DNA of 64,000 nt from an uncultured delta proteobacterium. GTDB lineage: Bacteria > Desulfobacterota > Zymogenia > Zymogenales > Zymogenaceae. This document shows, in pieces, positions 9,670 through 20,178 of this stretch; the stretch's first letter is position 1, and every line of letters begins with the position of its first letter. The notes under the pieces are model-generated. The model did no database searches, was not told where the DNA came from, and saw nothing but the letters and a program-made list of their open reading frames with translations. Made by a program: the position numbers and the translations under genes. Location: contig CAVTLK010000002.1 in assembly GCA_963735595.1 (NCBI GenBank), positions 544,001 through 608,000 of the forward strand. The letters are read 5' to 3'.

Positions 9670-10216
9670 ATGAAACGGTTTATGGCAGGGGTTGTCCTGT
9701 TTGCCGCGTTCATCTGGGCAGGCGCACCCGAGGCGTTCGGCTACCGGCCGCTCACGATCGACCTCCCCGAGGCATACCTACTGGAAGGGCCGGGGGTCGA
9801 ATACCGAATCCTCTGCAAAGTCACGCGCGACGAGCCGCTCACCCTGCTTTCGTGGGAGGGTGACTGGTTTCAGGTCAGGCGCACGAGCGGGATGACCGGG
9901 TGGCTCAACCGGGTTGCGCTTTCTCCCGAAGAATCCGCTCGATACCCGAAACCGGGCACGAACACGACATCGCCCTCCATCGACGATGGGAAAGACCGAT
10001 CGTTCGCGGGGAGGCTTTCTTGATCGGATCAGGACCGGCTTTAAGGGAGGTCATGATGAAACGCTCACGGCCTCGGCGGGAGGCAGGGGCATCATCACCG
10101 AGACGGACTCCGGCCTCTACGCACAGGACTACCAGGCGGTCCGCTTCATGGAGTCGATCGTCATCTCGGATTATGAGCTTGATCGGTTTATCGTGAGCGG
10201 GGGGCTCAGGCAGTGA
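9670..10216 (+). CDS. secreted SH3-domain protein (one frameshift near 9950-10020)
   Basis: Signal peptide and SH3b-like GDWFQV..TGWL in ORF 9670-10023. It continues in the +1 frame (ORF ending 10216) with TASAGGRG...ELDRF..GGL, and its stop overlaps the M48 start. Confidence 0.7.
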
Positions 10217-11079
10217 GGGCCCGGATAGTGCTCCTGGCGATCCTGGCTGCAGCGGCGGCCCAATCGGGGTGCGCTACGCTCGGTTTCCTGGCCCCGACCC
10301 CCCCGGGTTTGGGCGAGCTGGTCAGCGTTACCAGGACCCTGGGATCGGCGGTCATGCCCATCAGCCCCGAGGAAGAGATCGAAATCGGCAGGAGCATCGC
10401 GGCCAACGTTGCGGGTAAGTACGGGATCGTCATGGACGAACAGATGACCCGATACATCTGCCTGGTGGGCGAAACGGTCGCCGCGAAATCGGACCGTCCC
10501 GACCTCACCTACTACTTCGCGGTCCTTGATACCGACATCATCAATGCGTTCTCCTGCCCGGGCGGCTACGTCTTCGTGACGCGGGGGGCGCTCGGCATTA
10601 TCGAATGCGAGGCGGAGCTGGCGGCGGTGCTCGCCCATGAAATAGCCCACGTGGCCCATAAGGACATCATCAACGAGATCGAAAAGCAGCAGTTCTTTCA
10701 GGCCGGCAATGAGGTAGCGGGGACGCTTCTCCATGCCGATCCCGCGATCTTCAATGCCGCCACCTCGTTTGGAACAGGTCTCCTCTTTAAAGGGTTTTCC
10801 CGGTCCGATGAATACGCGGCCGATAAACGGTCCATCGGCTATACCGCCCGGGCCGGGTATGATCCGGCGGCCCTGCTGACGTTTCTCGAAAAGCTCAGGG
10901 GCGCTTCCGGCACATCCGACGGCGGCGTAAAACTCCTTCTGGCGACCCATCCGCAGATAGACGACCGGATCGAGAACGTCCGGACGCTGTTGGCCGGGCT
11001 TCCCGATACGGAGCGGGCGGGCGAACGTTTGGCCCCACGGTATTTCGAACAGATTCGCCTCCACACAGGAATCCGCTGA
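10213..11079 (+). CDS. M48 family zinc metalloprotease, lipoprotein
   Basis: Lipobox QSGC; NAFSCPGG, AAVLAHEIAH, E..AD, GYDP and THP motifs. Confidence 0.9.
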   Translation: MRARIVLLAILAAAAAQSGCATLGFLAPTPPGLGELVSVTRTLGSAVMPISPEEEIEIGRSIAANVAGKYGIVMDEQMTRYICLVGETVAAKSDRPDLTYYFAVLDTDIINAFSCPGGYVFVTRGALGIIECEAELAAVLAHEIAHVAHKDIINEIEKQQFFQAGNEVAGTLLHADPAIFNAATSFGTGLLFKGFSRSDEYAADKRSIGYTARAGYDPAALLTFLEKLRGASGTSDGGVKLLLATHPQIDDRIENVRTLLAGLPDTERAGERLAPRYFEQIRLHTGIR

Positions 11080-11160
11080 CCGAAGGATGTCCAACGGTCA
11101 GAAGCGGGCGGCCGATCGACTGATTGCCCGCCTCATTAGTATAGGCTACCCGGCACACCC

Positions 11161-12027
11161 ATGATCGACCTTCATACCCATACCACCGCTTCCGACGGAA
11201 GGCTTACCCCCCGGCAACTCATCGCCCACGCAGTTGAGGCGGGGCTGTGCGCCGTGGCCATTACCGACCATGATACCGTGGACGGTATTGCACCGGCGCG
11301 CCGATACGCCGAAGAGATCGGGATGCCCTTTGTCCCCGGGATAGAGATCAGCGCCGAGTATACGGCGACGGGCACCATGCATATCCTCGGCTACTTCATC
11401 GACGAGACCACCGGGTCCTTTTCGGACTCACTGGCTTTCCTCAAACGGGCGCGCAGGAACCGCAATCCGCAGATTATCGAGCGGCTCAACCATTGCGGTG
11501 TCGACATCACGATGGAAGACGTGCGCCGGGAGGCCGGGTCCGACCAGATCGGCAGGCCCCACTTCGCCCGCGCCATCGTGAACAAGGGCTTCGCGTCGTC
11601 GATCCCCGAGGCCTTTGAGCGCTTCGTCAAAAAGGGGGCCCCGTGCTACGTAAACAAGGAACGGTTCACTCCCGAGCGGGCCGTCGAGCTGATCCGAAAG
11701 GCCGGCGGCATCCCTATCCTTGCCCACCCCAAGACACTCAATATAGACTTCCAGCAGGAGCTGCCGCGGCTGCTGACCCGGCTTCGGGAAGCCGGGTTAA
11801 TGGGCCTCGAGGCCTACTACTACAGCCACTCCCGGTCGGAGGAAGAGTATTTCCTCAGGCTCTCCCGAAAGCTTGCAATCCTTGTCACCGGGGGGAGCGA
11901 TTTTCATGGGGACAACAAACCGAAGGTAGCGCTCGGCAGGGGGAACGGCAACCTCCTGGTGCCGCGGATCGCGTACGATCTCCTGATCGCGGCAAAAGAG
12001 AAGATTGACGCCCGTCCCGTCCCCTGA
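11161..12027 (+). CDS. PHP-domain phosphoesterase (YciV/TrpH-like)
   Basis: DLHTHTTASDG, AITDHDT, GIEIS, HILGY, LAHP and GGSDFHG motifs. Confidence 0.9.
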   Translation: MIDLHTHTTASDGRLTPRQLIAHAVEAGLCAVAITDHDTVDGIAPARRYAEEIGMPFVPGIEISAEYTATGTMHILGYFIDETTGSFSDSLAFLKRARRNRNPQIIERLNHCGVDITMEDVRREAGSDQIGRPHFARAIVNKGFASSIPEAFERFVKKGAPCYVNKERFTPERAVELIRKAGGIPILAHPKTLNIDFQQELPRLLTRLREAGLMGLEAYYYSHSRSEEEYFLRLSRKLAILVTGGSDFHGDNKPKVALGRGNGNLLVPRIAYDLLIAAKEKIDARPVP

Positions 12028-12073
12028 CTTCCCCCTTCGCGCCGCCTGCCCCTTATGCCGCCATACAATTCCA

Positions 12074-12102
12074 TTGACAAGCATGCCTTTTTTTGTTAGA
12101 TT
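12074..12102 (+). promoter_or_regulatory. sigma70 promoter of aspS
   Basis: TTGACA-N17-TAGATT with TG extension, ~32 nt upstream of ATG 12135. Confidence 0.65.
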
Positions 12103-12134
12103 CAGGAGCTTTAATACTTTACCGAGATACCACC

Positions 12135-13907
12135 ATGTCCCGTCTGAAGCGAACACACTACTGCGGCCTGGTCACCAGGAAAGAGTCCGGCGCCACCGTC
12201 GTTCTCATGGGATGGGTCGCCCGCCGGCGCGACCACGGCGGCGTCATCTTCGTCGACCTGCGCGACCGGACGGGAACCGCCCAGGTCGTCTTCAATCCCG
12301 ACCACCACCAGGAGTGCCACGAAGCAGCCCATCGGCTGCGCAGCGAATTCGTCATCGGCATCAAGGGCGCCGTACGGGAGCGGCCCGAGGGGATGGTTAA
12401 TACCCAGCTGCTGACCGGCGAAATCGAGGTGCTGGCCGACGAAATCGTGATATACAACGAGGCGGAGCTGCCGCCGTTCATGATAGACGAGTACGTCACC
12501 GTGGCCGAGAACCTCCGGCTCAAGTACCGCTATCTCGACCTCCGCAGGCCGGAGATGCAGAAGAACCTGATACTGCGCCACCGGGCCGCCATGAACATCA
12601 GGAATCACCTGTCGCAGGAAGGCTTCCTCGATATCGAGACGCCCTTTTTGACCAAGAGTACCCCGGAGGGCGCCCGGGACTACCTCGTCCCCAGCCGAGT
12701 GAACCCCGGCAAATTCTACGCGCTGCCCCAGTCCCCCCAGATATTCAAACAGATCCTCATGGTGTCCGGATTTGACCGCTATTTTCAGATCGTCAAATGC
12801 TTCCGGGACGAGGACCTCCGCGCGGACCGGCAGCCGGAATTTACGCAGGTCGATATCGAGATGAGCTTCGTGGACGTGGACGACATCATTGCGATGACGG
12901 AAAAGCTCATCGCGAACCTCTTTACGGAAGTCGCCGGGATCGACCTGAAAACGCCCTTTACCCGCATCACCTACAAGGAGGCGCGGGACCAATACGGGAT
13001 CGATAAGCCGGACCTCCGGTTCGGGCTGCCGCTCTGCGACGTAACCGAAGAGCTGGGTAGAGGCGATTTCAAGGTCTTCTCCGAGGCGGTGGCAAACGGC
13101 GGGATCATCAAGACGCTCAGGGTGCCCGCGAGCGATGCGCTGACGCGAAAGGAGCTTGACGACACGGTCGCCTTTGCCCAGGGACGCGGCGCCAAGGGCC
13201 TGGCCTGGGCGCGGGTTGGTGAGAACGGCTGGCAGTCGCCCATCGCGAAGTTCCTGTCGCCCGAGCAGATCGCCGCTGTCCAGAAGAAGACCGGCGCGGG
13301 CATTACCGGGATACCCTCTTTTTCATGGCCGACGAGCCGGATATCGCCGACGACGTGCTGGCAAACCTCCGGCTGAAGATGGGCGAGCCGTTTCGGCCTG
13401 ATAGACAAGGACGCCTTTTCGTTCGTCTGGGTGGTCGATTTCCCCCTGTTCGAGTATTCCGCCGAGGAAAAGCGCTACGTGTCCAAGCACCACCCCTTTA
13501 CCTCGCCGATGGACGATGACATTGAGCTGCTCGCGACCGCAAAAGAGCGCGCCCGGGCCAAGGCCTACGACATCGTGCTCAACGGCAACGAGATCGGGGG
13601 CGGGAGCATCAGGATATTTGACCCCGCGGTACAGCGACGGCTCTTTTCGGCCCTCGGCATCGGCGACGAGGAGGCCCAGGAGAAGTTCGGCTTCCTGATC
13701 GAGGCGCTGAGTTACGGGGCGCCGCCCCACGGCGGGATCGCGCTGGGTTTCGACCGGCTGGTGATGCTGATGTGCGGGGCGGAGTCCATCCGGGACGTCA
13801 TCGCGTTTCCGAAGACCCAGAAGGTCACCTGCCTCATGTCCGGCGCGCCCGACTCGGTCGACAAGAAGCAGCTCAAGGAGCTGTCCATTAAAATCGATTT
13901 GGGATAG
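12135..13907 (+). CDS. aspS: aspartate--tRNA ligase, probably non-discriminating (two frameshifts near 13300-13400)
   Basis: [52 protein letters not shown] and [14 protein letters not shown], spread over three consecutive ORFs. Confidence 0.95.
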
Positions 13908-13948
13908 GACCGGAAGTCACCGATTGCCGGTCCTATCCGGTTTGATAT

Positions 13949-13985
13949 TGTCATCGCGAGGGCCCGAAGGGCCCGTGGCGATCTC
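13949..13985 (+). repeat. REP-like palindromic element
   Basis: tgtcatcgcgagggcccgaagggcccgtggcgatctc resembles the GTCATTGCGAG...GTGGCAATCTC class of intergenic repeats and has an internal hairpin gggccc-gaa-gggccc. Confidence 0.55.
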
Positions 13986-14040
13986 GGCCTTTCTATAGAG
14001 CAAGGGCCTTAGGGGCGTTACGGTTTGCAATAGGAATCGC

Positions 14041-15308
14041 ATGGGACTGACGCTGGCCGAAAAGATATTGTCCGAAAAGGCGGGTAACGACCGTCGCTCC
14101 CCGGCCAGATCGTGCTGATCGACGTGGACCTGGCGCTGGCCCAGGACGGCACGGGGCCGCTGGCCATCAACAGCGTACGGGAGCTTTCGCTCGGCAAAGC
14201 TGCGCATGCCGCGCGCGGCGGTCTTCTTCATCGACCACGCGGCCCCCAGCCCCCGAAAAGAACTCTCCAACGACCACATCACGATCCGAAAATTCGCCAA
14301 GCGAAACCGGCGCGCACCGTCTATGACGTCGGTCAGGGCGTCTGCCATCAGATCATGGCCGAGGACTTCGTCTGCCCCGGCGACGTGGTTATCGGTGCGG
14401 ACTCCCACACCGTGACGGCAGGGGGAATTGCGCGCGTTTGCCACCGGCATGGGCTCCACCGACGTGGCCGTCGGCATGGCCACGGGGGCAAACTGGTTTT
14501 TAGTGCCCGAGACCGATCAGGATCGAGGTGACGGGGGATCTGCCCTTCGGCGTCTACCCGAAAGACCTGATCCTCCATCTTATCGGCATGATCGGCGCGG
14601 ACGGCGCCACCTACATGGCCCTGGAGTTCGGGGGAACGACCATCGACCGAATGGAGATGTCCGGCCGCCTGACGCTGGCTAATATGGCCGTGGAGGCCGG
14701 GGCCAAGGTCGGGCCTGGTCGCCTCCGACGAGTATCACCCGGGACTACCTCGAAAAGGCCGGCCGGGCCGACTGCTGGCGGGAGATCCGGCCGGACAAAG
14801 ACGCCGTCTACAAGCGCGTCGTGACGATCGACGCCGCGACGCTCCTTCCCACGGTGTCGCTGCCCCACACGGTGGACAACACGCGCACGATCGACGAGGT
14901 CGGGGAGGTCAAGGTCGACCAGGTCTTCATCGGCAGCTGCACCAACGGAAGGATCGAGGACCTCCGGGTCGCCGCGACAATCCTCAAGGGAAGGACAAAG
15001 GCGCCGGCAACGTGCGCCTCATCGTCATCCCGGCCTCGCGAAAGGTCTATGCCGACGCGCTTTCCGAAGGGCTGATCTCGATATTCGTCGAGGCCGGCGC
15101 GGCCGTCATGGCGCCCGGCTGCGGGCCGTGCGTGGGCGTCCACGAGGGCGTCCTGGGCGACGGCGAGGTCTGCCTGTCCACCCAGAACCGCAACTTCACC
15201 GGCCGCATGGGAAACCCCGATTCCTTCATCTATCTTGCCTCACCGGCAACCGCGGCGGCCTCGGCCGTCGAGGGCAAGATCGCCGACCCGAGGAAGTATC
15301 TAAAATAG
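14041..15308 (+). CDS. leuC: 3-isopropylmalate dehydratase / homoaconitase large subunit, LeuC type 2/HacA-like (multiple frameshifts)
   Basis: [59 protein letters not shown] and STQNRNF.GRMG distributed over ~6 frame fragments. Confidence 0.85.
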
Positions 15309-15387
15309 CCTTTTCCCCGTAATCTAAATACACTCCAGACGACAACCCAAATTATACGTTACCTTCATTGTCAACGAGCGTCTTTCC

Positions 15388-15415
15388 TTGATTTTCGCGA
15401 TAGATTTGGTAGAAT
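15388..15415 (+). promoter_or_regulatory. putative promoter of the MNT-HEPN pair
   Basis: TTGATT-N16-TAGAAT with TG extension, in an AT-rich intergenic stretch. Confidence 0.5.
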
Positions 15416-15445
15416 ATAAACAATATATAGAGATCGGTAGTATAA

Positions 15446-15763
15446 ATGACCCGGATAGAAAACCCCATATTAAACACGCTGACCGCCCATATGCAGATCA
15501 TGAGTAGTCGTTTCGGCGTGCGTAGGATCGGGCTGTTCGGCTCGCACGTCCGCGGCGAGGCGGACCGAACAAGCGATATCGACGTCCTGGTCGAATTCGA
15601 GGAGCCGACATTCGACCGTTACATGGATCTGAAGTTCTTTCTTGAAGAGACGTTCGGTGTTGCCGTGGATGTCGTACTCGCCGACACGCTTAAACCGCGC
15701 CTGAAGCCGTATATCATGGATGAGGTCGTTTATGCCGAGGGATCCCCGCGTATATCTCGATGA
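15446..15763 (+). CDS. minimal nucleotidyltransferase (MNT) antitoxin
   Basis: LFGSHVRGE....SDIDVLVEF, the GSx10DxD motif; 105 aa. Confidence 0.9.
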   Translation: MTRIENPILNTLTAHMQIMSSRFGVRRIGLFGSHVRGEADRTSDIDVLVEFEEPTFDRYMDLKFFLEETFGVAVDVVLADTLKPRLKPYIMDEVVYAEGSPRISR

Positions 15764-16109
15764 TATTCTTGAGGCTATAACACAGATTGAGTCCTATGTC
15801 TCAGGGATGGATATTGAGTCGTTTTCGAGGGACAGGAAAACGATCGACGCGGTTATCAGAAACCTTGAGATCATCGGCGAAGCGGCGCGGGCGCTGCCGG
15901 ACGACATAAAGGGTAGGACTTCGGGCATCGAATGGCACAAGATGGTCGGGTTAAGAAATATCCTGATCCATGAGTACTTCGGAGTGAACACGGCGATCGT
16001 CTGGGACATCATAACCAACAAACTGAGTACCATTAAACGGGAAATCCGGAAAGTTGTGGACGTAATCCGCGGTGAAATCTCGGAACGCCCGTCTTCTATC
16101 GTAAGTTAG
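15732..16109 (+). CDS. HEPN (DUF86) RNase toxin
   Basis: DAVIRNLEIIGEA and RNILIHEY (Rx4HxY). Overlaps the MNT gene; start taken as ATG 15732. Confidence 0.9.
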   Translation: MPRDPRVYLDDILEAITQIESYVSGMDIESFSRDRKTIDAVIRNLEIIGEAARALPDDIKGRTSGIEWHKMVGLRNILIHEYFGVNTAIVWDIITNKLSTIKREIRKVVDVIRGEISERPSSIVS

Positions 16110-16294
16110 AATCCCTCGATTCACAAGCAACATCTTCATCATCTAAAACGAGAAAACAAGGCCGGTGTGACGGTCACGTTCTGGGGATTTGCCCGGATCG
16201 GCGTTCGGCTGACGTCGGTCAACGTGCTAGTGTATCGGCTATTTCTGGGGTAGGGCGTGTCGTAAAAGATAATCGGGAGATAGGATCCTCACGT

Positions 16295-16377
16295 GAATTA
16301 AGGGGACACCATATTTAGTTAATTGAATTACCGTTTAAGTTAAGGAACAATAATTAAGTATGGTGTCCCCTTAATTC
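16295..16377. repeat. 27-bp inverted-repeat element (REPIN/MITE-like)
   Basis: Arms gaattaaggggacaccatatttagtta (16295-16321) and taattaagtatggtgtccccttaattc (16351-16377): 25/27 complementary around a 29-nt AT-rich spacer. Confidence 0.85.
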
Positions 16378-16390
16378 TCCAGTAATGACG

Positions 16391-16425
16391 AAAAAAAACG
16401 GGCGGCATATTGCGCCGCCCGGTTT
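16391..16425 (-). terminator. terminator downstream of plsC
   Basis: Stem cgggcggc / gccgcccg with an A8 tract on + (T8 on -). Confidence 0.7.
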
Positions 16426-16445
16426 AATTTCAGTCTCGTCAGTAT

Positions 16446-17247
16446 CTATTTCTTCCCCGATGCCCCCGCGAAGCCTGCTTCGTGGGGCGGCTCTATCGCG
16501 TACTCGTCCAGCCCACGCTGGATGGTCCCCTTGACGTCCTCGATCAGCTTGTCGAGCTGGTCCTGCCCGTATTTGAGGATATCCACCGGCTTGTGGATGA
16601 CGAGGTCGGCCGTTCCCGGGAAGAGCTTGAGGCTCTTTGCCTTCAGGATCTTTTCGGTATTGACCACCGAGATCGGCAGGATCGGCAGTTTCAGTTCCTG
16701 GGCCATGCGGAAGGCGCCCTTCTTGAACTCGCCGAGCTTCCCGGAGATGCTACGGGTGCCCTCGGCAAAGAAGAGGACCGAGGTGCCGTTCTTGATGCGG
16801 TCGGCGGCCGCCTTCATCGAGGCGATGGCCGAGTCGATGTTCTTGCGGTCGATGACGATAAACTCGCCGCCCTTCTCGCAGGCGTAGCCGAAGATCGGGA
16901 TCTTCCTCAGCTCCCGTTTCATCACCCACCTGATATCGAGCCCCGACCAGCCGCAGATCACCAGCGGGTCGTAGTGGCTCTGGTGGTTAGACACCACCAC
17001 GTAGGACTGGTTCTTGTCGATGTTCTCTTTCCCGAAGACCTTCACCCGGATCGGCGTGAGGTAGCTGCAACACCCGCGCGTACCCGACGGCGCAGAACTT
17101 GCTCGCTATCCGGGCGTTTGATACGACCCGGATCGGCATCGCGAGCGAGCCGAAAAAGGACGTTGCGGCTACGACGGTGGGGGCAAACACGATGTACTTA
17201 TAAGGCTGGTAGAGAACGTATAAGACCTTCCGATAAAACGCTTTCAT
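16446..17247 (-). CDS. plsC: 1-acyl-sn-glycerol-3-phosphate acyltransferase (frameshift near 17060)
   Basis: NHQSHYD (HxxxxD), IDR, FAEGTRS and FKKGAF. The N-terminal TM part lies in ORF 16987-17247. Confidence 0.88.
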
Positions 17248-17335
17248 GGGGGTACCCCGCTAATTTATAGTCAATTATACCGCACATCGATGTAAAATAT
17301 ACTATAATTATTATACAGCCCCGGAGTGGAGGCGA

Positions 17336-18180
17336 TTACCGGTTCGGCGAGTTGGTTAACATCATCCCGGCGATCTCCTTGACGACCTTGGCCGTCGCGT
17401 AGGCCGTTATCTGCAGGGGGTCGCGGGCGGGATTCATCTCCACGACGTCGGCCCCGACGATGGGGCAGGCGATCGCGTGGATGACCGAGAGCGCCTGACG
17501 GGTCGTGAGGCCGCCCGCCCTCCGGGTGGGATACGCCCGGCGCGAAGGCCGGGTCCAGCGCGTCCAGGTCAAACGAGACGTAGAGCGGGCCGGAGAGGCC
17601 GAGGCGGAGCGGCTCCGCGAAGTCCTTCATCATATAGACCTCGATCCCGAAGCGGGCGGCCTGCTCCGCCTGGTGCGCGGTCATCGTCCGTATACCGACG
17701 GAGACGAGGCGGGCCGCGAGCCCTTCCTCCATGATACGGGCAAAGGGGCAGGCGTGGGAGGATGCGGCTGCCGGCAAATTCGTCATACGTGTCGGGGTGC
17801 GCGTCAAAATGGAGGATCGTCAGGCCGGGGCAGGCCGCGGCAATGCCCCGAACGGCGGGCCAGGTCACGAAATGGTCGCCGCCGAGGAATATCGGCAGTC
17901 CGCCGTCGGCGGCGGCAGCCGCCGCGGCGACGATCGCTTCGAAGTCGTCCGCGCCGTCAAAGACGACGTCTCCCGCGTCCATTATTAGGTCGCGCGAGGA
18001 AAGGTCGTGGCCGTTCTCTGTGAATAGATTTGCCGAATCCGAAAAGAGGGCGCGGCGTATCGCGGCAGGCCCATCGGCACTGCCTCTCAGGAATGACGAG
18101 TTCTTATCGTGGGGAAGGCCAACGAGCCTCACCCGGGCCGATCGGTTATCGGCGATCTTTTGCGCGTACGGCTGCATCAT
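17336..18180 (-). CDS. speB: agmatinase / arginase family ureohydrolase (two frameshifts)
   Basis: GPAAIR, LGGDH, HFDAHPD, SHACPF, SFDLDALDPAFAPGVSHP and GADVVEMNP across three ORFs. Confidence 0.82.
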
Positions 18181-18356
18181 AGATAACTCCCTGTCTTAGT
18201 CTGCTGCCGGGTGAACCAGGTCGAGTATACCAGTGTTTGCGCGAGGATACAATGGGGGCGGCTGGGCGGGCGGAAGATTTCCCGCCATCCCGGGCGTCCG
18301 TTACGGCGGCAGATGCATCTAACTAAGACAGAAGACAATTATGATGGAGAAATAGA

Positions 18357-19376
18357 ATGAAAAGAACCTATCCCTACGGAATGGGGCCGGTGAAGCTCGT
18401 TTCGGCCGAGTGGCTGGCGGAACGCCTCGCCGACAAGAAGCTCGTTATCGTGGATACGCAGCCGAACATCCATGACTACATCCTTGAGCACATCCCCGGC
18501 GCGATCTATCTCAACGAGGGTCTCTTCCGCACGTACGAAGGGTCGCTCCCCACGGTATGGGTGCGGCCCGAGATCGTCGAATCCGTCCTGGGCAACGCCG
18601 GTATCGAGCCAGCGACGCCGGTGGTCGTGTACACCGGCGTGGGGCAGTACAAGAAATGGGGGGACGGGCTGGAACAGACGATGGTCGCCTACACGCTGGC
18701 CCGGTACGGCGCCGAGAATGTCTACGTCCTTGACGGCGGGCTCGACCAGTGGAAGAATGAAGGACGGCCGCTCTCCCAGGAATACCCGGCGGTGACGAAA
18801 ACGAGCTTCAAGTCGTCGGTCAAAAGGGACTTCTTCGTCACCTACGAGGAATTCCTGAAGCTGAAGGATCGGGACGGCGTGATCGTGCTGGATGCGCGGC
18901 CCACGGCCGTCTACGAGGGGCAGGGGGTCTGGCCGAAGCCCGGCCACATCCCCGGCGCGGTCAACCTCCCCTGGCCTTCCCTCATGGACGACGACAACAG
19001 GGCGCTCCTCAAACCGGAAGGGGAGGTCGCCGCAATCCTCGAAAAGGCGGGCGTTACCCCGGACAAGACAATCATCTGTACCTGCGGCACCGGAAGGGAG
19101 GCGACCAACCAGTTTATCCTGTTGCGGTCATACCTGGGATTCAGGGACGTGAAGATATATGAGGGGAGCTTTACCGAGTGGGTCCAGGTCCCGGGCAATA
19201 AGACGGTAACGGGAACAGAACCCCGGGCGATAGTCTGTACAAACGCGGTCACGAAAAGAAACGCGGCGGGTTTTGACCCGCCGCGTCTTTACTATCTCCG
19301 TTCGACAGCCTCAGCGGACACGCCGCCCGGCCGTATCAGGCGATCTTCTTACCGGCAAGCGGCGGCGAGGAGCTGA
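18357..19376 (+). CDS. two-domain rhodanese / sulfurtransferase (true end probably ~19233)
   Basis: HIPGA twice, VLDGG..W, active-site CGTGREA and YEGSFTEW. The ORF reads through a terminator, which suggests a 1-nt error before the TAG at 19231. Confidence 0.88.
   Translation: MKRTYPYGMGPVKLVSAEWLAERLADKKLVIVDTQPNIHDYILEHIPGAIYLNEGLFRTYEGSLPTVWVRPEIVESVLGNAGIEPATPVVVYTGVGQYKKWGDGLEQTMVAYTLARYGAENVYVLDGGLDQWKNEGRPLSQEYPAVTKTSFKSSVKRDFFVTYEEFLKLKDRDGVIVLDARPTAVYEGQGVWPKPGHIPGAVNLPWPSLMDDDNRALLKPEGEVAAILEKAGVTPDKTIICTCGTGREATNQFILLRSYLGFRDVKIYEGSFTEWVQVPGNKTVTGTEPRAIVCTNAVTKRNAAGFDPPRLYYLRSTASADTPPGRIRRSSYRQAAARS
19254..19290. terminator. bidirectional terminator between the sulfurtransferase and the GRE operon
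   Basis: Stem acgcggcgggt / acccgccgcgt flanked by aaaagaa and cttt. Confidence 0.75.
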
Positions 19377-20138
19377 ATGCCTCCGTGAGGACGATCCTGC
19401 CGAATGTGCCGTTGAACGAATCGACGGTGCCCTTGACCTGGTAGACGATCGGGTCCATGGTGAGGACCATCACCGCCACGTGCTGCCCGTTTTTCAGGCG
19501 GGCGAGGTCGGTGTTGTAGCTCGAAACGGCAAACGCAAGCGACCGCCGGTCGATCGGGTAGACCGACATCGCCGGCGAGACGAAGGGATACGGCTTCGCC
19601 CTCGGGGATATAGGCAATGGCCTTGATCGCCTGCATCTGGTCGTATTTCTTCTTGACGGTTAGCGGTATCTCGACGCCGGCGCCGTCTCTAAAGCGGCGC
19701 ATCCTGGTCTTCACGGAAACGAGTTCCTTGACGATGGTGAGCTTTCCGATCTGGTCGCGCTGAAAGCTGCGTCTTGACGGCGATCGTACCGGCCTTTCTG
19801 ATCTTCGTGTACGCGTTGTAGCGGAACATGTCGTTGTAGGAAATCTTGTCGAAATAGGGCCCCTTGTTGACCCAGTCCCCGTTGAAATCTCCGGTAGCCT
19901 GGGCAAACGAAAGACCGAGATTGACGGCCAGCAGCCCGACCTTCTTGTTATGTTTCAGGTTTTCCTGGGTCTTGACCATCAGGAACTCGCCGAAGATCAG
20001 GAAGTCGGATTCCGGCTTCCAGGTATCGATCGAGGCAACAAAGGAGACGTTGGGCCTGTTGTCCGGGCCAACCGTCGCCATGAATTTTGCGATCATCGGC
20101 TCCGAATAGAGGTCATAGAATTCTTTCGGAAGCGCCAT
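19336..20138 (-). CDS. tandem pyridoxamine-5'-phosphate-oxidase-like (split-barrel, FMN-binding) protein (two frameshifts)
   Basis: AKFMATVGPDNRPNVS...FGEFLMVKTQENLKHNKKVG in the N-domain; IKAIAY..., HVAVMV...YQVKG in the C-domain. ATG 20138 with GGAGG RBS. Confidence 0.72.
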
Positions 20139-20178
20139 ATGAATCCTCCCCGCTGATAATAGGCTAGTATATAGCCGG

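Noticed and set aside
15309..16150. MNT-HEPN pair as an integron cassette (GTTAG at the HEPN stop)
   Set aside because: No matching RYYYAAC...GTTRRRY attC hairpin was found, and there is no integrase in the window.
19234..19376. C-terminal extension of the sulfurtransferase
   Set aside because: It runs through a terminator and into the convergent gene. An off-frame TAG at 19231 suggests a 1-nt error.
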